Of a stretch of 31,393 bases of DNA, positions 25,518-31,393 are shown piece by piece. Made by a program: the position numbers and the translations under genes. Origin of the DNA: Planctomycetota bacterium (lineage in GTDB: Bacteria > Planctomycetota > Brocadiia > JAADGH01); contig JAADGH010000027.1 of the NCBI GenBank assembly GCA_013152475.1, positions 608 to 32,000 of the forward strand. The letters are read 5' to 3'. The stretch's first letter is position 1, and the number at the start of each line of letters is the position of its first letter. The notes under the pieces were generated by a model. It did not search any database. It was not told the origin of the DNA and saw only the letters and a list, made by a program, of their open reading frames with translations.

Positions 25518-27098
25518 ATGGAAGAAGAAGTATTCATCCTGGGTTCGGAGCATGAACTGGCGGCGGCGATGTTTCCACCTCACGGCGGGCTGGGGCACAT
25601 CAGCAACGATATTGCTCACGAAGTGATCCAGCGGGAACTAAAGAGCTCCGGCGTTCCGTATCTGTTCGATACCTCTCGATCGGGCTTGTTCCTCTACCTC
25701 GGTCGGATCTACATGGACCCGACGGGACACCACGTGGAATTTGCCGTCTGTCCGGCAGGGTCGCCGCACGAAGTCGTTCAAACCGAGGCGAAGATGATCC
25801 GTCTGTTGCGCGACGCTATACGGTGGGTGCAAGTGCACTTGTCCGGCTTTGCGCTTGTTCACAACAACTACGATTACATTACGCACTCTACGTGGGGCCA
25901 GCACTGCAACTATGCCATCCAGGTGCCGCTTGATGCCCTCGAACGGGCGCTCGTCCCTTTCCTTGTTACCCGCCAGGTCTTCGCCGGGCCCGGTTCGGTT
26001 GGATGCAACGACCACGGGATGGACCTGAATCCAAGGACGCACTTCATATCGCGCACAACCGGGGGCGAGACGACGAGCAGTCGGAGCATCTATTCCACCG
26101 CACGGAATGAGCCCTTGATGGTGTCCTCCCGCTTCCATCACCGGCTCCACCTCATTTCCGGATGCTCGCTTATGAGCCAATTCGGACAATGGCTGAAGCT
26201 GGGCACTACCGCTTTGGTGATCCGGGCGGCGGAAAAGGATCCGACCATCGGCGATGCGGTTGCCTTTGCAGATCCCGTCCGTGCGATAAAGACGCTGAGC
26301 GTCTTAACTCCGGACCGGAAACATCTCTTCGATCCGCACTTGCTGAAGGTGCAGAAACACTATGTTCGAGTTGTAGCGGACATGCTCCAGGAAGGTGATT
26401 TTCCGAAGTGGTGCTTCGATATCTGGAGAGCGTGGCACGATACCCTCAAAAGACTCGAAAGCGATCCGATGGCACTGGATCGTCGGCTGGACCCATACAT
26501 CAAACTCAGACTATTCGGCCGCTTCCTGCAGGAACGAGGAAAACGGTGGCACCACGTGAGCGAAGACGAAAGCCTCTACTACGATCTCGCGTTGCTGGAT
26601 GTCCGATACCACGCCCTCTCTGGCGGTTTGTTCGAGATGCTGGATGCAGAAGGCGTGCTCGAACACAAGCTTGTGTCGGATAGGGAAGCAACGCCCGGCA
26701 GCGAGGATGATCCATATGTGCTCACCGGCCTGCCAAGGGAATCCTTCAGGGGGCGAATGATCAAGAAGCTGAATGGGCGGTCGCAGTTCCGCTGCGATTG
26801 GCAGCATATCACTGACATGGAGCGGAGGCAATATCTGGAGATGCACGACCCTTTGGAAACGCCCCGGGGGCGATGGCAGCGGATGATGACGAGAGAACAA
26901 GATGCTTTTCGCATCTCTCTCGTTTCAGAAGGAGAGCTGCGTTCACCGTCTCGGCGAGCAGGCCCCCCGCCATCGGGCCGGACACCTCGTGATAGTCTTC
27001 CCCGAGTCATTAGAGAGCTGCTGGAGGCACGCGAACACGAACTCGATGAGGTGCGACTGAGGGCGCGTCAACAGGCGCGAGAACGCCCCGGGCAGTAG
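25518..27098 (+). CDS. Pup-ligase/Dop family (PafA/Dop-like) protein 2
   Basis: FILGSEHEL, RIYMDPTGHHVEFA (cf. RLYLDVGSHPEYA), STWGQHCNYA, LVPFLVTRQVFAGPG (cf. LLPFLVTRQLICGAG), HRLHLISGCSLMSQFGQWLKLGTTALVIRAAE (cf. [31 protein letters not shown]). Confidence 0.8.
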   Translation: MEEEVFILGSEHELAAAMFPPHGGLGHISNDIAHEVIQRELKSSGVPYLFDTSRSGLFLYLGRIYMDPTGHHVEFAVCPAGSPHEVVQTEAKMIRLLRDAIRWVQVHLSGFALVHNNYDYITHSTWGQHCNYAIQVPLDALERALVPFLVTRQVFAGPGSVGCNDHGMDLNPRTHFISRTTGGETTSSRSIYSTARNEPLMVSSRFHHRLHLISGCSLMSQFGQWLKLGTTALVIRAAEKDPTIGDAVAFADPVRAIKTLSVLTPDRKHLFDPHLLKVQKHYVRVVADMLQEGDFPKWCFDIWRAWHDTLKRLESDPMALDRRLDPYIKLRLFGRFLQERGKRWHHVSEDESLYYDLALLDVRYHALSGGLFEMLDAEGVLEHKLVSDREATPGSEDDPYVLTGLPRESFRGRMIKKLNGRSQFRCDWQHITDMERRQYLEMHDPLETPRGRWQRMMTREQDAFRISLVSEGELRSPSRRAGPPPSGRTPRDSLPRVIRELLEAREHELDEVRLRARQQARERPGQ

Positions 27099-27151
27099 AG
27101 CACAAACGGGGATGACATCCCCTTCTGAGGAGTTGCGGAAACGGAGCAGGA

Positions 27152-28303
27152 ATGGATCTCGACGATGTTCTCATGAGGGAACTGAAGGGACAAGGGGTGA
27201 AGCTCGACGCCCGCGATCGAGACACCCTCATCCTCTACGGTGTCCCCGTGAGCGCACAATACAGCAAGTCCCATGTCAACCTGCTCGTCAAACGGTCACG
27301 AGAAAAGCTGTTTTTCTGTTTTGCCGATCAGGATTTGGCGTATCAGGGGCAAGATCCGGCTATATGTCGCTTGTTCGGCGGTGAAGGGGTCAAGCGCGAA
27401 GGCTGGCGATGTCTCTTTGCAGACCATTCAGATCGTACGTTCCAGGGGGCGGTTGAGCGTGCGTTGTCCATCCTGGGGTTTTTGGCAGAGCCACGTCTTC
27501 CTCCTCCCAACGTACATGCACAAGGCGGCTGCCAACTGCTGAACGCCTTCGCCAGGGACCTTTCCGGAGAAATCCGGGAAGGCATGGCGGAGCCGACAGT
27601 CGGTCGAGAGAAAACGGTCGCGGAGGTTACCATGTGCCTGCGGCGCATGGGAGGGGCCAAACTCGTGATCGTTGCCGGCCCGCCGGGCGTCGGCAAGACG
27701 AACCTATGCAGCGCAGTCGCGGCTCGACTTGCGGAATGTTGCCCGACCCTTGCCATGTGGTCGGTGGATCTCGGCCTCCTCTTCGCCGGGACACTCTTCG
27801 ACGCGGAACGGGAGGGCCTATTGATGAATCTCCTGAGTGAGACGATCGAGAACAACGGAACCGGCCTCGTTCTTGCGATGGAACATCTGGAACTGACGCT
27901 TCGTTCCCCATGTGGTCCGGATATTCTGACCCACGCGTTGAACTCCAACGCAAGGATCGTCGGGGTCACAACGGCCGAGCACCTGCGTCATATCCCCCCT
28001 GCGTTGGCCAGGCGCGCGCACGTGATCGAGCTTGCCGGTCTGTCACCGACCCAGACGCTCGGAGTGCTGAGAGCCCATGCGGAAAGGTTGGCAAAGCATC
28101 ATGGGGTGCAGATTCCTGACGCGTGCCTGCCTGCATGCGTCAAAGCGGTCCAAGAGCTGCCAGGCAACCTGCCGGCCAAGGCCTTGCTCATACTGGACAC
28201 GGCAGCCGCCAACGTGGCGCTGTCGAGTGCCGGAGTGGTTAGCGTGGACGACATCTACTTCGCCGCAAGGCTCTGCGAGAAGAGCGCGGAACGCCTTCCC
28301 TGA
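27152..28303 (+). CDS. ClpA/ClpB D1-like single AAA+ module with unknown (possibly E2/UEV-like) N-terminal domain
   Basis: GREKTVAEVTMCLRR...LVIVAGPPGVGKTNL (Walker A). VDLGLLFAGTLFDAEREGLLMNLLSE (cf. Clp LDxxxLxAGxxxRGEFEERL). RIVGVTTAEHLRHI..PALARRAHVIEL (cf. IGATTxxEYR...ALxRRFQxV). HHGVQIPDACL...LPAKALLILDTAAA (cf. LPDKAIDLLDEA). The Walker B position reads LVLAMEHL. Confidence 0.7.
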   Translation: MDLDDVLMRELKGQGVKLDARDRDTLILYGVPVSAQYSKSHVNLLVKRSREKLFFCFADQDLAYQGQDPAICRLFGGEGVKREGWRCLFADHSDRTFQGAVERALSILGFLAEPRLPPPNVHAQGGCQLLNAFARDLSGEIREGMAEPTVGREKTVAEVTMCLRRMGGAKLVIVAGPPGVGKTNLCSAVAARLAECCPTLAMWSVDLGLLFAGTLFDAEREGLLMNLLSETIENNGTGLVLAMEHLELTLRSPCGPDILTHALNSNARIVGVTTAEHLRHIPPALARRAHVIELAGLSPTQTLGVLRAHAERLAKHHGVQIPDACLPACVKAVQELPGNLPAKALLILDTAAANVALSSAGVVSVDDIYFAARLCEKSAERLP

Positions 28304-28332
28304 AAAAAACTCGTATTCTCAGAAACGTGGGG

Positions 28333-28338
28333 TATAAT
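28333..28338 (+). promoter_or_regulatory. candidate sigma-70 -10 box
   Basis: Perfect TATAAT in the 137-bp gap between the ClpA-like gene and the first TIR-TM gene. The -35 is poor (CTCGTA at 17 nt spacing). Confidence 0.3.
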
Positions 28339-28440
28339 AGGGTCGCCTGGTCGTGGGGAAGCCGTTGTTCCCACCATTCTTCACGGGGGCAACCGAAACC
28401 TGCGAGTGACACAATGAAAGCGTGAACGAGGGAGGGCCAC

Positions 28441-29286
28441 GTGAAGCAGGGGGCACGAAGAAGAACCGGCGGCCGGCAACAGGTCTTCATCAGCTACCGG
28501 CGCGAGGGCGGCGCTGAGTTAGCCCGCTTGGTGCGAAATAGCTTGGTGCAGCGAGGCTATCGAGTGTTCATGGATGTGGAAGACCTGCGCACCGGTCCCT
28601 TCAATAAGGCCCTTGCGGAGTGCATCAGGTTTTGTACGGACGTGGTGATCATTCTGACTCCAGGCAGTCTTGATCGTTGCTTCAACCAAGGGGATTGGGT
28701 CAGACTCGAGATTGCCTATGCCCTCCAGCAGAAGAAGAACATCATTCCTGTGATGGCTCGGGGTTTCGAGTGGCCGCCGAAGCCGCTTCCGAAGGATATT
28801 GGCGGTCTGCCGCTCTTCAACGCCCTCACACCCGCCCACGAAATCTTTGACGCCAGTATGGACAAGCTTGCGTCCCTGCTCCATGCGCGCCCACGCAAGA
28901 TGGCCCCAAAGCTGCTTCTCTGTGGAGCTGCAATCGCTGCCGTGGTCGCGGTCACGCTTTTCATGGTTTTACCGTCATCTGACCGAGCGAAACAGAGCCC
29001 AGTTGAGCAGACACTCAAGGATAAGAAGCCTACGAAAGACAAAGAGGCGGGGACTCCGCGTGATGCGGCCAAGGACTTGGGCCGGAAACGCCAGCAACCA
29101 CCTCTACCTCCTCTGTCTCGAATGGGCGGTCGCGAAAGACCTTTCTGCGAAACCCTATCCGGAGAAGAAGCCCTTGTGGACGTTCCAGAAACGGTAGAAG
29201 GGGATAGCGTATGTGCCGCGTGGCGTATCCATTGCGGAGGTGAAACCAATCGGAGGGATGGACGTGTTGTTCTTCACGGCCGATGA
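28441..29286 (+). CDS. TIR-domain protein with one transmembrane helix
   Basis: QVFISYRREGGAELARLVRNSLVQRGYRVFMDVEDL...DVVIILTPGSL...WVRLEIAYAL...NIIPV is a TIR with the conserved Glu. TM helix LLLCGAAIAAVVAVTLFMVL. GTG start. The 3' end overlaps the next ORF. Confidence 0.8.
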   Translation: MKQGARRRTGGRQQVFISYRREGGAELARLVRNSLVQRGYRVFMDVEDLRTGPFNKALAECIRFCTDVVIILTPGSLDRCFNQGDWVRLEIAYALQQKKNIIPVMARGFEWPPKPLPKDIGGLPLFNALTPAHEIFDASMDKLASLLHARPRKMAPKLLLCGAAIAAVVAVTLFMVLPSSDRAKQSPVEQTLKDKKPTKDKEAGTPRDAAKDLGRKRQQPPLPPLSRMGGRERPFCETLSGEEALVDVPETVEGDSVCAAWRIHCGGETNRRDGRVVLHGR

Positions 29287-29788
29287 ACACTATGGGCACG
29301 CCCACATCATCCACCTCTGCGGGCGGCCTTTTCGGACGGTGGAGGAAATGGACGAGGAGCTGATACGGCGCCACAATGCCGTCGTGAAGGACAGCGACCT
29401 CGTCGTCCATGTGGGGGACTTCACCCTCAAGAACAAGAGCCGGGCCAAATCGTACATCTCCCGCCTCAAGGGGGAACACGTCTTTCTCCGTGGAAGCCAC
29501 GACAGATGGCTGAAGGAGGCGCATGAGATTTGGGAAAAGGAGATCGCGGGAGAATACGTCGTCGTTTGCCACTACGCCATGAGAGTATGGCCGAGATCGC
29601 ACTACAACAGCTGGCAGCTCTACGGCCATTCCCACGGCAGACTCGATCCCATCGGCAAGCAGTGGGACATCGGTGTGGACAACAACGACTATTATCCCGT
29701 ATCCTTTGAGCGGATAAAAGATATCATGGCGGAGCGGCCGGACAATCCCAATCTGATCAAGGGCGGCAAACCGCGGACCCGCCGTTGA
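29213..29788 (+). CDS. calcineurin-like metallophosphoesterase
   Basis: FFTADEHYGH (motif I), VVHVGDF (GD), FLRGSHD (GNHD-like), LYGHSHG (GHxH). The start is ambiguous: GTG 29213, GTG 29240 or ATG 29258. Confidence 0.75.
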   Translation: MPRGVSIAEVKPIGGMDVLFFTADEHYGHAHIIHLCGRPFRTVEEMDEELIRRHNAVVKDSDLVVHVGDFTLKNKSRAKSYISRLKGEHVFLRGSHDRWLKEAHEIWEKEIAGEYVVVCHYAMRVWPRSHYNSWQLYGHSHGRLDPIGKQWDIGVDNNDYYPVSFERIKDIMAERPDNPNLIKGGKPRTRR

Positions 29789-29794
29789 AAGGGC

Positions 29795-30823
29795 ATGTCC
29801 TGGCGTCCGCCCGGGAGGGAAAAGGAAATCTTGAATCCACCGCAGCAAGACGCCGTTCATCCTCCCTTTGAGGCGTATTCGGGAGACGAGCCATATCTCT
29901 TTGTGAGCTATGCCCACAAGGATGCGGCGGCGGTCTACCCGGAATTGAAATGGATGCATGGGCACGGCTACCGCGTCTGGTACGACGAAGGCATTGATCC
30001 TGGGAATGAATGGCCGGAAGAGATTGCCAAAGCGCTCCACGGCTGTTCGATGTTCCTCGTCTTCATCTCCCCGCGTGCCGTCGTATCCAAGAACGTCCGC
30101 AATGAAATCAACTACGCCATCAACCACGACAAGCCCTTCCTGGCTGTGTATCTTGAAGAGACCGAACTGCCCCGGGGCCTGGAGCTCCGTATGGGTGACA
30201 TTCAGGCCATCGTGAAGTACCGTATGCCGGAAGACCGATACCATCGGCAACTACAGAGATCGCTTCCGCACGACCTGGGCGGTGGTATTCCAGAGGGTGG
30301 GGCGGTCGAGTCGCAGCCAGAGCCAGCCGCCGAAGTTGCCGCGGACACGGGCAGTCCGAAACCGTCGATCAATAGGGAAACACGCATACGACGAGAGATC
30401 TGGAAGTTCATGCTTTTTGCCCTCAGCTACGGTGTGGGGATCGCGGCGATTCAGTGCTTGGGGGTCCTTGCGAAATTCGATGGCGTTCTGTATGGGGTGG
30501 ACATTTCGGCGAAGGCGCGGTTCACGTTCAGCCTCGATGGCATACTCGCTATTGTGGTCCTGTCCGTCCTGCCCGGTGTGTGGTTTCTTCTGTGGGAGAA
30601 CAACGAGAAGGGGATTGCGTCCTCCATCGTATGCCTGCTTGCCTATTACGGATTCGCAGCGCTCCACTGGAAGTACGTCGGCCGCATGCTTCCACTGGTT
30701 GCGCCGGGCATTGCGGTCTGCGTTGCTGTATTCTGTGCTCTGGGAAATCAACTGGCGTACTGGCGCACCTGGCATTCGCCCCGGGACCCGGATGCGAAGG
30801 ACCCGTTGAAGCCGCCGTGCTAA
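29795..30823 (+). CDS. TIR-domain protein with four C-terminal transmembrane segments
   Basis: PYLFVSYAHKDAAAVYPELKWMHGHGYRVWYDEGIDPGNEW...MFLVFISPRAVVSKNVRNEINYAI...KPFLAVYL is a TIR. Hydrophobic segments: FMLFALSYGVGIAAIQCLGVL, ILAIVVLSVLPGVWFLLW, IASSIVCLLAYYGFAAL, LPLVAPGIAVCVAVFCAL. Confidence 0.8.
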   Translation: MSWRPPGREKEILNPPQQDAVHPPFEAYSGDEPYLFVSYAHKDAAAVYPELKWMHGHGYRVWYDEGIDPGNEWPEEIAKALHGCSMFLVFISPRAVVSKNVRNEINYAINHDKPFLAVYLEETELPRGLELRMGDIQAIVKYRMPEDRYHRQLQRSLPHDLGGGIPEGGAVESQPEPAAEVAADTGSPKPSINRETRIRREIWKFMLFALSYGVGIAAIQCLGVLAKFDGVLYGVDISAKARFTFSLDGILAIVVLSVLPGVWFLLWENNEKGIASSIVCLLAYYGFAALHWKYVGRMLPLVAPGIAVCVAVFCALGNQLAYWRTWHSPRDPDAKDPLKPPC

Positions 30824-30854
30824 TGGGACTCTTGATACTGCAAGGTAGGGAATT

Positions 30855-31393
30855 GTGAACGAACAGAACCAACAATCCGATGCGCTTCCGGTTGCCCGCC
30901 TCCTTCGCTATGGCCGGCAGGTGGTCATGCGGGCCATGGAGCGGACGCGCTTCGAAATGCGGGGAGGTCGCCGCTTGGCCATGAAGGAGGTGGTCGAGGG
31001 CAGCTTGGAGCACAAGAGCGTAGAGAACCCCACGAAGCAGATCGACAAAGAGATCGAGAACGACATCATCGCGAGCCTGCGCAAGAAACTGGGTACGATC
31101 GCAGGACTGCCTCCCTACGCCATCTTCTCGGAGGAGTGCGGCATCTTGGCCTGTGGGAGCGAGGCGGGCTCGGAGCAGGATGCGCGTTTCGTCATCTTCG
31201 TCGATCCCGTGGACGGCACGGAGTTTGCCGAGGCGCTGCAGGGCGGCTGGTGTCTCCTGGGTTTCTATGATGCGCAGGAGAGGAAAGCGCTCGGCGCGAT
31301 TGCCGGCGATATCTTTCTGGATCGGCTCTTCTGGACCCCCGACGAGTTCGGCAGGGCCAGCGCGCTCGACTTCATCACCCATTCCGAGTTCCA
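30855..31393 (+). CDS. inositol-monophosphatase/CysQ-family phosphatase-like protein (3' end outside window)
   Basis: Not in the ORF track because it never reaches a stop. My own translation from the GTG at 30855 gives VNEQNQQSDALP...KQIDKEIENDIIASLRKKL...IFSEECG...FVIFVDPVDGTEFA, which carries the family DPxDGT motif and the upstream D..E / EE metal motifs. The 277-aa minus-strand track ORF is its antisense shadow. Confidence 0.7.
   Translation, partial: MNEQNQQSDALPVARLLRYGRQVVMRAMERTRFEMRGGRRLAMKEVVEGSLEHKSVENPTKQIDKEIENDIIASLRKKLGTIAGLPPYAIFSEECGILACGSEAGSEQDARFVIFVDPVDGTEFAEALQGGWCLLGFYDAQERKALGAIAGDIFLDRLFWTPDEFGRASALDFITHSEF

Noticed and set aside
27108-27122. Short hairpin ggggatgacatcccc after the second ligase-family gene
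   Set aside because: It has only a 5-bp stem and no real T-tract, and the next gene starts 30 nt later. It is probably not a terminator.
29030-30250. 406-aa minus-strand ORF
   Set aside because: Antisense to the metallophosphoesterase and TIR-4TM genes, both of which have clear motifs.
30549-31382. 277-aa minus-strand ORF
   Set aside because: Antisense to the open-ended IMPase-family reading frame, which carries the DPxDGT motif. The plus-strand frame is preferred.
1-31393. Search for CRISPR arrays, tRNA/rRNA genes, IS transposases/integrases and proteasome subunit genes
   Set aside because: I found no regularly spaced direct repeats, no cloverleaf-like or rRNA-like segments, no DDE or tyrosine-recombinase motifs, and no Ntn-hydrolase (prcA/prcB-like) ORFs by eye. 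Absence is based on visual inspection only.

Overview
GC-rich bacterial accessory region that reads as a mosaic conflict/defence island. All family assignments are by-eye motif recognition; no searches were run. Start codons are often ambiguous.

- **1-3.1 kb:** phage-like genes (an ORF open at the window start, a DUF4417-like protein, a Lys-tailed hypothetical), then a repeat-rich spacer with nested palindromic REP/MITE-like elements.
- **3.2-6.5 kb:** ordinary-looking cargo: an Eis-like GNAT acetyltransferase, a secreted internally duplicated protein and a strikingly Met-rich DUF4412-like exported protein.
- **6.9-14.9 kb:** a nucleotide-signalling module. It holds an N-terminally short CX5R phosphatase, a frameshifted TIR gene, a membrane TrkA-N/Rossmann protein ending in a RyR-type domain and a frameshifted small gene. 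It also holds a NUDIX hydrolase, an ~898-aa RelA/SpoT-TPR-coiled coil-SLOG-RyR protein and a second decayed TIR gene.
- **14.9-28.3 kb (most unusual):** a divergent sigma-54 enhancer-binding-protein gene and a candidate -24/-12 promoter precede a tightly packed 11-gene plus-strand operon.
  - Ubiquitin-type cascade: ThiF-type E1, HPN-Cys E2, a small Ubl ending in Gly, and a JAMM/JAB peptidase.
  - Pupylation-type cascade: an Mpa/ARC-like coiled-coil/OB/AAA+ unfoldase, and two PafA/Dop-family proteins flanking a 71-aa Pup-like protein ending in GGE.
  - A ClpA/B-D1-like ATPase closes the operon. No proteasome genes are present.
- **28.4-31.4 kb:** two TIR-transmembrane proteins, a metallophosphoesterase and an IMPase-family protein open at the window end.

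No rRNA, tRNA, CRISPR array or intact transposase was recognised.
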